Made by a program: the position numbers and the translations under genes. From IMG/VR virus record IMGVR_UViG_3300046534_001361, positions 12,280-76,279 of that record: 64,000 nucleotides of DNA. One strand, 5' to 3'. This document shows positions 19,897 to 29,437 of the stretch, in pieces; the first letter of the stretch is position 1; each line of letters begins with the position of its first letter. Origin of the DNA: a virus. Below the pieces are notes generated by a model that was not told the origin of the DNA, did no database searches, and saw only the letters and a program-made list of their open reading frames with translations.

Positions 19897-20079
19897 CTAT
19901 TCCAGGTCCCACACCTCAGAGTGAATAAATTCTAACTCTTTGGCCTTTTCAAGCTCTGACAGCACGTTACGCGCTATACGTTGCATGGATCTTTTATTGA
20001 CCCTGCGCCATGCCAACGCTAGAGGTGTGCGCTCGATAAATGTGTCTAATGTATCAGTGTTGTAAGTGCATGATTTCAT
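19897..20079 (-). CDS. Small protein ending FIHSEVWDLE
   Basis: First gene behind the cassette promoter at ~20120-20150. Confidence 0.6.
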   Translation of the reverse strand: MKSCTYNTDTLDTFIERTPLALAWRRVNKRSMQRIARNVLSELEKAKELEFIHSEVWDLE

Positions 20080-20111
20080 AATGTAAGCCTTGGGGTTGTT
20101 TGCTGCGTTTC

Positions 20112-20222
20112 AGTAATTTAATAATAACACACCCAGTGCGGGATGCAACTTTTAAATCAAATTGGTTTAAATTAAATTCCCGGCAATTAGATAGCCGGGA
20201 TCGTGGTTGCTCGGTTTTATTC
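20112..20222 (-). repeat. Cassette element, full copy
   Basis: AACCACGAT-CCCGGC-TATCTAATT-GCCGGG...AAAGTTGCAT-N16-TATTAT. Confidence 0.9.
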
Positions 20223-20531
20223 AAATATTCCTGTTTCTTTTAACGCCCTATTTTCCGTTTCAGATCCACGGTAACCGCTAAAATCTTCTTCGAACTTTTC
20301 GGCGGTTATTACCGCGTAAAAAGGCTCGTCGGTTTCGCTCCAACTTTGCGGGCCGACATATGGCCTACCATTTAAGTTAGTTGCTATGATTAAAACATTC
20401 CCGTCTTCTTTTCTGTATGCCATAGCCACCATTTGGTTAATAGATGTTTTGCCGATTTGTTCAATATTTCCATACGGAATTGTAACGCCGCCGATTTTGT
20501 TTAGTACTTTTGTTAATGAGACCGTTTTCAT
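20217..20531 (-). CDS. Hypothetical protein (cassette cargo)
   Basis: Stop codon embedded in the element (GAATAAAACCGAGCAACC). Confidence 0.6.
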   Translation of the reverse strand: MKTVSLTKVLNKIGGVTIPYGNIEQIGKTSINQMVAMAYRKEDGNVLIIATNLNGRPYVGPQSWSETDEPFYAVITAEKFEEDFSGYRGSETENRALKETGIFE

Positions 20532-20965
20532 GTTTTTTTCCTTTATTGATTTTACTTCAGTGCAGTAAAATATTACTCGCCCTGTTTGTCTAATAAGGGC
20601 GACTCACGCCACCTCTTTATTTTATATTTCCTGTGGTTGATTGATTTTGGTTGACAGTTATCTTAGCTTTGCTTAGTATACAAATATCAGCTTGTAGATG
20701 ACCACTGATTTAAGCCACTACATAAGCAACCGTTTATCGGAGAAAAGCCTCAATCATTTGATTGGGGCTTTTCACTTTATATAGCGCCGTTCAAAACCCC
20801 TTGATTTTATGACATTCAGGCCATGCACCGTTTGCAAACACCTGTTTATGCTTTTGACGTTTGGTTTTAATGTTCATAATTTCCTCTTTGTTTAATTATC
20901 GATTATAAGCATCATAATTATATCTCCTGGGATTGTGTATTTAAATTTAAGGTAAAAATAAGGGC

Positions 20966-21403
20966 TTACGCCGCCCTTAAAGTGATCACCCAGCCATTGT
21001 TTTTATCAGCCAGCTCTTTAATCTGATTAGTCAATCTTGTTTTGAACTCCCAAACAAAGATACTCGCAGAATCATTAATAATGCAGGCATGAACAAACCC
21101 ATCGGCAACAGCATTTTTAACGTATGAATAAAATGGCCCGTCCCCGATTATTCTACCGACTGGCGAAAAACATTTATATTTTTCTTTTTCATTGACCACT
21201 AAAAAGTATTCGTTTTCAATTAATTTCACAAGGCCCTTTACAGTTTTAAACGTGCCAGGGGCATTGTTAACGGATTTATGTATCTCTGCCGAATTGTTAG
21301 CAGGGCAATCATGACTATTGATGTGATCCATAAATTCTGCTTTATTTGAAAAGGGTAAATTAACTTTAACAGACGGAGTAGGTTTGATTTTAACTAATGA
21401 CAT
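20966..21403 (-). CDS. Hypothetical protein (cassette cargo)
   Basis: 145 aa with GAGGA RBS, behind the element promoter. Confidence 0.6.
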   Translation of the reverse strand: MSLVKIKPTPSVKVNLPFSNKAEFMDHINSHDCPANNSAEIHKSVNNAPGTFKTVKGLVKLIENEYFLVVNEKEKYKCFSPVGRIIGDGPFYSYVKNAVADGFVHACIINDSASIFVWEFKTRLTNQIKELADKNNGWVITLRAA

Positions 21404-21443
21404 TGTGTTATCCTCTTGGTGGTTTGTTTAGCTTTAGGCGGTG

Positions 21444-21560
21444 CGCCTTGTCGATGAATTAATAATAACACACTGAGCGGAGACTGCAACTTTTAAATTA
21501 AATCAGTTTAAATTAAATTCCCGGCAATTAGATAGCCGGGATCTTGGTTGCTCCGTTTAT
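21444..21560 (-). repeat. Cassette element, full copy
   Basis: Same stem-loop; TTGCAG-N16-TATTAT; CATCGACAAGGCG leader variant. Confidence 0.9.
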
Positions 21561-21589
21561 TCTCAAAATAGATTGATGAGTGAAGCCCT
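21557..21589 (-). pseudogene. 3' relic of a seventh family A gene
   Basis: Reads R-A-S-L-I-N-L-F-stop-E-stop versus RASLIKMFSE*/TSLMNLFSE* in intact copies. Confidence 0.7.
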
Positions 21590-21613
21590 ATCAGCCGAGA
21601 TCATACGTTTAGG

Positions 21614-21991
21614 TTAAATATTAAAATTAAATACTGGCTCACGCAATCCGCACCACGCGCATAATTCAATCAATGTTTCTTTGCCCACCAAGCTCCTGTA
21701 TTTGAATCCTTTATTGCCCAAGACTATGTAGGCCTGTTCTTTGGTGACAATTTTTAGTGATAACAGGCAGTCGGCAGCACGGGGGGATAATCCATCAGCC
21801 CAGCTACCTTTTTGTTTAAACATATTGGTAGCGTCTTGATCCATAAGTGATCGAACCCAAGGTGCAAGTTTTTTCCCAGGCGACAGTTTGGCCGCTTTGA
21901 CAAAAAACGCCTTGTCTTCGGGTGTCACCCGCAATACTATAGTCGCAGTGGCCGGATCGTTTTTTTTTGCATTTTTGTTACCTGGTTTCAT
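21614..21991 (-). CDS. RHH-like domain fused to RNA polymerase alpha-CTD-like domain
   Basis: IVLRVTPEDKAFFVKAAK (RHH-like); LSPRAADCLLSLKIVT...VGKETLIEL resembles alphaCTD LSVRSANCLK...LGKKSLxEI. Confidence 0.55.
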   Translation of the reverse strand: MKPGNKNAKKNDPATATIVLRVTPEDKAFFVKAAKLSPGKKLAPWVRSLMDQDATNMFKQKGSWADGLSPRAADCLLSLKIVTKEQAYIVLGNKGFKYRSLVGKETLIELCAWCGLREPVFNFNI

Positions 21992-22529
21992 TGTCTTCCC
22001 CCATTTGTTTAAACTCCCCCTCAGTAACCCAAGCTCGGCTAAAACCATGGTTGGTAAACAAACTGGCCAAACCGCTAATTTGCTTTAGCCTTAACAGTTC
22101 ATCAGCATCCATACCGATGTGTCTTAATATCCATTGGTCGGACATGCCGGAATCGACCAGTTCGGCAACAATATCCCGCATTAAATCAATGGAGTGAGAT
22201 CCCCGTGCGCGGTTGTGTCGAATGGTCGAGGCCATTCGGTTGGCTTTGTCTTTGTCGATGACGCTAACCGGTAATAGTCCTCCTTCTCTTTCTCTGATCC
22301 GTTTACTCGTGAGCATTGTGGTGTAGCGGTGATAACCATCCACAATCTCGTAAACGTCTTCCTCTGCAATGTGATAGCACACCACCGGCATGGTATAACC
22401 GTCTTCCCAAATAGACACCTCTAGTAATTTCATTTCAGGCGGAGCCACCTTATTGGGGTTGTACGCGTTTGCGCGGATTTTTTCTAGCGGAATTCCTTGT
22501 ACGTTATACACTGGACTAGGCATTTTCAT
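21978..22529 (-). CDS. ibrB: ParB/Srx-like protein, IbrB family
   Basis: ANAYNPNKVAPPEMKLL..SI.EDGYTMP, IVDGYHRY, RMASTIRHNRARGSH. Confidence 0.9.
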   Translation of the reverse strand: MKMPSPVYNVQGIPLEKIRANAYNPNKVAPPEMKLLEVSIWEDGYTMPVVCYHIAEEDVYEIVDGYHRYTTMLTSKRIREREGGLLPVSVIDKDKANRMASTIRHNRARGSHSIDLMRDIVAELVDSGMSDQWILRHIGMDADELLRLKQISGLASLFTNHGFSRAWVTEGEFKQMGEDNETR

Positions 22530-22626
22530 TATCCTCTTTTATGGTCATTTCCCATTGACCAAACATCTTCTGGTCACTTTCTGTTGACTCGCCTTGCGTG
22601 ATTTTTGTGATTTTCATTGCTTTCCC

Positions 22627-23937
22627 CTACAGCGACTTGTATTTCGCAATCGCAGCTTTTCGCTTTTCGCTTTCAACTTTTGTTTGACTGAATCCCATAA
22701 ATTTACACAAATGGTCATTTTTTAATATACAGATGGCCATGCGCTTATATGATGGGACTGATTGAAACTCTTTCACATCGGGTTCATCCGGATAAGCATT
22801 AAACGTGACCAGCTTTTTGTCGGAGTTGTAATTGCTTTTGCCACCCACCACACACTCAATGCCTATCCCGTGCAACTCGGTAATGGTTTCTTCTGACAAT
22901 ACGCCACCGCGCTCCCGCCAAAACTTGATAGAGGTGGCGAACTTTTCTCGATAGGTCGCTGCTGTTTCGTCCGGCAAGGTCTTTAGCAGAAACTCAACAT
23001 AAGATTGCCAAGTATGCCCTTTTGGCAGTTTTATTTTTTTCCATCCGGTGGCGCTGGTACCGCCATAGATGGCGCAAAAATTAGCGCCATGAACCCGCCC
23101 TATCATACTGGCCCAAATGCCCGGTTCTAACACGCGATACAGTTTAAGGCTATTGATCGCCCAATCGTTGAAGGGGCTGGCGACCCGCATTTCATGCACT
23201 GACAACCCGGCATAATGAAACAAATCATAGAGATTATTGTAGTCAAATTCGAATTTGGCATTGGCCGTCCACACATCTTCCGCAGTCCAATCATAAACGG
23301 GGTAGCCGGTATACACGTCCTTGATAATTTTGGTAGTCCAAGGCTTATCGTTAAAACAACTCTTTTTGGCTACAATCGCCCGGTATCGGTTGAGGCTTTC
23401 TTGCGTTCGTATTCCAACCAGCCCAATCGTTTTACCTTTTTTGCCGCCAACATGCCGGTGATACCAACCTCCAAACTGCCGATATACGTCCTCTTGAAGC
23501 ATGCCGTATTTGTAAAAATCGAATTGATGATTGTCGATGTTGATCACACACTCATCTGTTGGCATATCTCGCACCCAAATGTCCTTTTTGGCACATTCCC
23601 ACGGCAGCCAGTACTGCTCAAACATTGATGTCGCGGTTTTGCAAGCCATGGGGAGGCACACCCAATAAGGGGTGATTAAATCCAGATTATCACGCAGGGT
23701 ACGCTCAACATACTCTGTGGTGGCCGAGTACTGGGCCTCAAAATCTTGGTGGAACACCCCAATTTTTTTGGTGATATTGTTTTCTCGCATGTACTGGAGT
23801 GTAGTCTCCAGTAAAATCCCACTGTCTTTACCACCAGAAAATGACAGGTAAATATTGTCAAAGTGCTCAAAGATGTACTTTAGCCGCTGCTGAGTGGCTC
23901 GGTAAACGTCAATACTTAACCTTATGTCAGTTCGCAT
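22627..23937 (-). CDS. ibrA: PAPS-reductase-like/DUF3440 protein, IbrA family
   Basis: SFSGGKDSG PP-loop, HQDFEAQY, VGIRTQESLNR, YPVYDW, PSYKRMAICILKNDHLCK. Confidence 0.9.
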   Translation of the reverse strand: MRTDIRLSIDVYRATQQRLKYIFEHFDNIYLSFSGGKDSGILLETTLQYMRENNITKKIGVFHQDFEAQYSATTEYVERTLRDNLDLITPYWVCLPMACKTATSMFEQYWLPWECAKKDIWVRDMPTDECVINIDNHQFDFYKYGMLQEDVYRQFGGWYHRHVGGKKGKTIGLVGIRTQESLNRYRAIVAKKSCFNDKPWTTKIIKDVYTGYPVYDWTAEDVWTANAKFEFDYNNLYDLFHYAGLSVHEMRVASPFNDWAINSLKLYRVLEPGIWASMIGRVHGANFCAIYGGTSATGWKKIKLPKGHTWQSYVEFLLKTLPDETAATYREKFATSIKFWRERGGVLSEETITELHGIGIECVVGGKSNYNSDKKLVTFNAYPDEPDVKEFQSVPSYKRMAICILKNDHLCKFMGFSQTKVESEKRKAAIAKYKSL

Positions 23938-25358
23938 TATAATGATCCTATTAAGTTTTTTAACTGGCCCTTACCCATGTCTTTGACAGCATCAATCTCG
24001 CTGCGAAAGACGCCTAGTGCATCGGCTTTCATACCAATGGCTGACCGTATTCTGTCTTCTATGCCACAATTAACCCAAATATCAAAATAGCTTACCGGCA
24101 ACGTTTGACCAATCCGATGTAAACGGTCCTCGGCCTGTATCCGTTCACTATATTTAAACGTATTGGTGTAAAACAAGGCGTGGTGAGATTCAACCAACGT
24201 CAGTCCATAGCCGCCACAACTGGCCGTGGCAACAAATACCCCGCCCAGTCGGCGCCACCGAGCCAAGCTATCTGCCCTTTGCGCCTCGTTCATATCGCCG
24301 TAATACTTACTGATATTGATATCTGGCAGTTCTTTTTCTAAGCAAGATTGAACCGATGCCACCGAACGGCGATATTTTACCCAAACCACTACATGCTTAC
24401 CTTGCAATTGTCCAAGATGCCGGATAAGTTCCCTATTCTTCAAGGTGTCGATGGCTTCTCCGGCACCCGGGTTGTTTGCGGGGATCACCCCATTAACCAC
24501 AGATTGTAACGCTGAAAACAGCCGAAAGATGGCCCCGCCCATATCATCAAAGTCTAAATCTTGCGCTTCCTCTTCAAACGCCTTCTTGGCATCTTGGTAA
24601 TAGGCTTGTTGTTCGCCAGTCATTTCAACCAAGGCGTAGTTCGTCGTTTTGGTCGGCAAGGTCAAGCACTCTTCTTTGGTGACCTGATAAACGTAGGGCG
24701 CAATTTTAGCCCCCAGCCAATCAGTGTGGTACCGCTCTTTGATCATCCCCTTAAAGTGCTCACTGTATTCCAGGTGCTTGCGTCTAAAGGCGTACCACGA
24801 TGTATAACCTAAAATTTTGGTGCTCAGAAAGGTGATTTGTGTATATAGGTCTTCAATACCTTGACTGATAGGGGTGCCATTCAATACCAGGCGATACCGC
24901 GCCCGACCACCCAGCAAGATCAGGCGTTGTGATCGGTTTGAACGATGCCCCTTTATAAATGAACTTTCATCAACAACCAACATGGTTTTGTCATCGATAA
25001 GCCTGTCCATGGCCATAACCACCCGATCACTACTACCCAGACTCTCCAGTCCCACAATATGCCAAAACTTGTTAGGCAGATTATGGGAGGCCGTCTTGTT
25101 GTTGAACACATTAACATCACCCGGTATGCAAGATGTGTGTTGCATGATTTGATCGTGCGTGTTTAGCTTTAACGACACAGGACAACACCAAACCACCTTG
25201 CTGATCTTTTGTCTTCTCAAAAAGGCGAGCATAATAACCACTAGGCTTTTACCCGTGCCCATGTCCATAAACAAACCGCCAACCCTCAACTTCATCATTT
25301 TCATAAATGCGGTGTCTTGATGGGTTAGCGGTGTCGTGGTGATGGCCCAATCAGTCAT
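23937..25358 (-). CDS. SNF2-family helicase
   Basis: MDMGTGKS, VVDESSFIK, LNGTP, QAEDRLHRIGQ. Confidence 0.9.
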   Translation of the reverse strand: MTDWAITTTPLTHQDTAFMKMMKLRVGGLFMDMGTGKSLVVIMLAFLRRQKISKVVWCCPVSLKLNTHDQIMQHTSCIPGDVNVFNNKTASHNLPNKFWHIVGLESLGSSDRVVMAMDRLIDDKTMLVVDESSFIKGHRSNRSQRLILLGGRARYRLVLNGTPISQGIEDLYTQITFLSTKILGYTSWYAFRRKHLEYSEHFKGMIKERYHTDWLGAKIAPYVYQVTKEECLTLPTKTTNYALVEMTGEQQAYYQDAKKAFEEEAQDLDFDDMGGAIFRLFSALQSVVNGVIPANNPGAGEAIDTLKNRELIRHLGQLQGKHVVVWVKYRRSVASVQSCLEKELPDINISKYYGDMNEAQRADSLARWRRLGGVFVATASCGGYGLTLVESHHALFYTNTFKYSERIQAEDRLHRIGQTLPVSYFDIWVNCGIEDRIRSAIGMKADALGVFRSEIDAVKDMGKGQLKNLIGSL

Positions 25359-26505
25359 CTAACAAGCTCTTATCAATGCCTATATTTTCCAAGACTGGTT
25401 CAACCGATTCAATATCAATTCCTTCTGAGACTGGTAATGCCCGTTTGAGCAATTGGCTTTCATGTGCTTCTTTTGTTGACTTTATAAGAGCTTTGGCCCC
25501 AGGAGAAACATGCAACAAATGACGGCTGATCATATCCTCGATGATGTCCACATACTTGCACGGAAGCAACCATTTTTTGTGCTCATAATGACCGCGCTTA
25601 TCTGCATCATTAAGAACTCGAAGTTCATTAAACAATGAATGATTATCATCAAACCAATGTACCGCGAATTTGCCACCTTGATTTACCACCCAACGCGGAT
25701 ATCGAGGTTTAAACTCTCCTGCCAATGCTTTTTCTTTTACCTCAACATCTAGACACTTAACAATAATGTTTTTGGCCAGTATGTGGTTAACCACTTCGGC
25801 GGCTCTATCCAATAGAGCCCCATCAATCACACTGCATTCGAGTACCCACAACTTTCCATTCCAACGGAAAAACAATTGATGCATAATTTCGGTTAAAGTT
25901 GTGAATCGATTTGGAAAATGAACCAAAACGTGGTTGAACCTAGCATCTACAATAACCTCGGCAATTTCTGGACTAGCAGGTTCTTTTGGGCGTACGGTAG
26001 CCTCTTCAAGAACTTTTACTGCTTCAGGTTTACTATCTGACAGTTTGCGAACTGTCAGTGGGAGGGTTTTTTTAAACAGAGATTCAGCATTAAGATCACG
26101 ATTATCAATCCACTGTCGAACATCAGTTTCTACTTGAAGTAGTGTGACAAAACAGTCAAAAGCGTCGAGCTGATTTTCTCCCTCAAGTTCGCAGCTTTCA
26201 AATAACACCGCTTGATTTTGTTCAAACCAATCAAACGAATATGTGATGATTCGCTTGTGACGGATAACAATTGCCCAGTCAATCTGTTTATCCGACCCAA
26301 CCAGTTCAGGCAAGCCATGCTCAAGGCTAAAAGCGATTGCCTCATCTCTTTCTTGTTTTTTCTTTTTTTCTTCACACAACTCACAGATTTTCCCATTTTG
26401 CGAGTGCCAGTCGGCACGTCTTTGTGATTCTTTTGAGTTGCACCCGGAAAACTGCATTTTGATGTCGGTTCCGCATGATACACATCCGCAGTACGCTCTT
26501 GCCAT
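25351..26505 (-). CDS. Hypothetical protein heading the SNF2-IbrAB operon
   Basis: N-terminal CxxC...CxxC and LPELVGSDKQIDWA motif; overlaps the helicase start. Confidence 0.75.
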   Translation of the reverse strand: MARAYCGCVSCGTDIKMQFSGCNSKESQRRADWHSQNGKICELCEEKKKKQERDEAIAFSLEHGLPELVGSDKQIDWAIVIRHKRIITYSFDWFEQNQAVLFESCELEGENQLDAFDCFVTLLQVETDVRQWIDNRDLNAESLFKKTLPLTVRKLSDSKPEAVKVLEEATVRPKEPASPEIAEVIVDARFNHVLVHFPNRFTTLTEIMHQLFFRWNGKLWVLECSVIDGALLDRAAEVVNHILAKNIIVKCLDVEVKEKALAGEFKPRYPRWVVNQGGKFAVHWFDDNHSLFNELRVLNDADKRGHYEHKKWLLPCKYVDIIEDMISRHLLHVSPGAKALIKSTKEAHESQLLKRALPVSEGIDIESVEPVLENIGIDKSLLDD

Positions 26506-26796
26506 TTTATTTCTCCAGTTATTCCTGGTCCCGCCAGGTCGGTTACTATAGGTTAATTATACTTAACTAAATTTGTTTTGTATATACATATCGACGGTTT
26601 GTTTTTGAGTTTCATTTACGGTTTAGGTTAGGCGGCGAACCGCCCCGGTTGATGTAGCTACACTATATCAGTTTAAATCTACGTGCAAGCTATATTTTAC
26701 GTTTACTAATTTAAATTACGTGCGAGTATTTATTTACATGCATCATTAGTAGTGGCATGATAACCGTAGTTTTTTAATCACTGAGTATTTATTTAA

Positions 26797-27006
26797 ATGA
26801 ATTCCCTACAATTAGCATTATTTTTTTCAACATTTAAAACAAAACCCGAGCTACAAGCTGCTATTAGGAGCTTTTTAACGGATAACTCGCAGAGTATGTA
26901 TTCTGCTGAGCAAAAGTACGAGGTGAGCCGGGGGAGCCTGGCACGGGCTTTAGAGCGGGTGGATAAATATCATCAGTTTACGTTAGAAATGGCAAAACTG
27001 GAATAA
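26797..27006 (+). CDS. Small HTH regulator
   Basis: MYSAEQKYEVSRGSLARALERV HTH-like segment. Confidence 0.55.
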   Translation: MNSLQLALFFSTFKTKPELQAAIRSFLTDNSQSMYSAEQKYEVSRGSLARALERVDKYHQFTLEMAKLE

Positions 27007-27095
27007 ATCAAATTACACGTAAAATACCGCTTGCAAGTTTATTTTTACGTGTTATAGTTACCCCATCGAAGCGAAACAAAGCAAAGGAAGTTACT

Positions 27096-27455
27096 ATGAA
27101 TTTATCAATCCAGGGCCTTAACGACTTATTAGACGGTAGTCAGTACCAGGCAGTAGGTATCAGAGCAATGACAGGCGGGTTTGTAGTTAACCCAGGGGAT
27201 GAAATCAATGACAGTTTTGTATGGGTTGATGGTGAATGCACTGACGAGACCTTGGAGGGTGCTAGCGCACTTAATTTAGAGTTTGACGGTTGGGAAGTGC
27301 AATCGGACCGATTTAATGAAATGCTTTTACAGTCAAAATCATACGGCCACGAAAATCAGTTAGTCGTTGTTGGCTGTTGCGGTAATGACCACTACGAGGG
27401 AAATGATATGAATGAAGTGGTTTTGCCAAACGCTGTATGCATTGCAATAATTTAA
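27096..27455 (+). CDS. Acidic hypothetical protein
   Basis: Own promoter TTGCAA..TATAGT and AGGA RBS. Confidence 0.65.
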   Translation: MNLSIQGLNDLLDGSQYQAVGIRAMTGGFVVNPGDEINDSFVWVDGECTDETLEGASALNLEFDGWEVQSDRFNEMLLQSKSYGHENQLVVVGCCGNDHYEGNDMNEVVLPNAVCIAII

Positions 27456-27640
27456 CCTCATTGAAACAAAGCAAATTAAGGTATTGTCATGGTGAACGTG
27501 TTAAATGCCCACATTGCGGCGTAATGACAGAGGTTTGGTAACTCGTTAGATAGGCCGTGATTGTTATTTAACTGGCTACTACCGACAAAGCCCGCAAGCG
27601 CGGGCTGATAAAGTCAGGGGGAGATTCAGCCCCGGTCTGT

Positions 27641-27865
27641 TTAAAACGTGGTCGGTTGCGCGACACCGCGAATCGCCCACATAAAGCCCTGTTGCAGATT
27701 GGTTCTACCCAGGGCCACCGCGCGTTTATCCGTCGAGGCATCAGATTCGAGCGCCGCGATAAATTCGCCGACTTGTTCAGCCAATGCTTTACCCTGATTC
27801 ATTAAATCAATCTCGCGCTGCGAAAGGTCGCGGTACCCTTTTATTTTCTGGTGTTGATTGTCCAT
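27641..27865 (-). CDS. acb2: Anti-CBASS cyclic-oligonucleotide sponge, Acb2 family
   Basis: MDNQHQKIKGYRDLSQREIDLMN and ALGRTNLQQGFMWAIRGVAQPTTF match both hallmark halves of Acb2 as I recall them. Confidence 0.9.
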   Translation of the reverse strand: MDNQHQKIKGYRDLSQREIDLMNQGKALAEQVGEFIAALESDASTDKRAVALGRTNLQQGFMWAIRGVAQPTTF

Positions 27866-27946
27866 TTTAAATTCTCGCTCTTTTTTATATTATTGAGTTA
27901 CTACATTAAGTTTTGTCGCCACAAGTACAGTGCCGATGAATTCATA

Positions 27947-28423
27947 TTAACACAAATTATTGATTATTGTTTCGGCCTGCCCTTTATTAGCCATTAATAC
28001 ACTATCACCGTTGAGGTATACAGCCTGGAAACCTCGGCTTTCGTAATATCGCTGTAGATTAAAACCCTTTAGTTGAGGTTCTGCTGTTAGAGCCACGAGT
28101 ATGTCTACTTTTGTAACATCTAATGTCTGACTCTCAAAATTCGACATCAAAACCTTACCGTATCCCTGCCCTCGCCATATACGCTTAACGTATAGCTCAG
28201 CTAACAAACCCACCGTACCATATTTATCGCGTAAAATCGAGATCAGCGCATTGATGTAGCCGGATTTGTCAGGCAATGAAAGTATTAATTCGCCTTTCAT
28301 CCATTTATAGCTCTCATCGTCGCTAGCTATGACTGTTCTGACTCGACCGTGATCACTCTCAGTTAGACATACGTGATCACGAGTCCACATTCCATCCGGC
28401 CAATTGCTACCGTTGACTATCAT
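27947..28423 (-). CDS. GNAT acetyltransferase
   Basis: LYVKRIWRGQGYGKVLM and YYESRGF. Confidence 0.8.
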   Translation of the reverse strand: MIVNGSNWPDGMWTRDHVCLTESDHGRVRTVIASDDESYKWMKGELILSLPDKSGYINALISILRDKYGTVGLLAELYVKRIWRGQGYGKVLMSNFESQTLDVTKVDILVALTAEPQLKGFNLQRYYESRGFQAVYLNGDSVLMANKGQAETIINNLC

Positions 28424-28485
28424 ATTAATCGGCCTGTTTAATCTAATTTCCCCTGGTTATGTATTGATTGTTAATCCAACCTTTG

Positions 28486-28923
28486 TTATCCGATTGGGTT
28501 TAATACTGGCCGGATAACAACGGTTGTGTGTTCGGCGTGCGAAGCGCTTGGTTTAGTCGACACGTTAATATCTCCACCCCAAACAATAATGCACTCGGGC
28601 GTTGTAAAAATTTTGGGTTGGTGTTTAAACGCATCTAGCTGCCACTCATCAAGATTATGTGTGATTATATCCCTGGCCTCGTCAACAGAGTGCGCAAGGG
28701 CTGACACTGTGCTAGGGCCATACTCTATAGCCGCGTTGTCCCAGACGTATAGTTTTAGTTGTTCGTTTAATTTTTTAAACACAGCTTCATTGTTGAGATC
28801 TTGATCTTCATAATATGTATCAACTATATCACGGGTTTCGCTATACTCACACAACGGGCTTTGATTATGAATACGCTTATACATACGCTTTGTCGTTATG
28901 TGTTGATGAGTCGGGTTTTTCAT
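28486..28923 (-). CDS. Hypothetical protein
   Basis: 145-aa ORF with AAGG RBS. Confidence 0.55.
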   Translation of the reverse strand: MKNPTHQHITTKRMYKRIHNQSPLCEYSETRDIVDTYYEDQDLNNEAVFKKLNEQLKLYVWDNAAIEYGPSTVSALAHSVDEARDIITHNLDEWQLDAFKHQPKIFTTPECIIVWGGDINVSTKPSASHAEHTTVVIRPVLNPIG

Positions 28924-29437
28924 TTTACATTACCTTTGATTTGTGTTGATTGTGGATTCTATCGCACGAAGAATCCTGATAGAAAACGTACACCGCGTTG
29001 GGTTACGTATATGTGGTCTACAACTCGTTGGTTGCGCATTCGACGTGCGCCGCGCTTTGTTTTAATTTTCATGGTTTAGTTCCAGTAGGTTACTGTAGAT
29101 AGGTTGGCCCAAATCCACACTGTTAAAATCAAACATGCAATAGACGTTATTTTTACCGATTTCCTTACATTGTCCCCTAGCAAGAATCCAATAGACATTA
29201 ATATAATTATCACCGATAGCAGAGTGTTAACACATAATATAAAATGAATCATGGTTTAGCTCCACTTGCCCGTTTTACGTAGATAGGTGTTACACCGCTT
29301 ACACAACCGCCATACTTGGTTACGATGGCCGCCAATGCCCCGCTTGACCGTTGCAGTTTGACCACATCCACAACGGAATCGTTTTACTTGTTCCTTCATA
29401 ATTTTTTATCCTGCGGGGCTACTGCCCCGGTCTGTGT

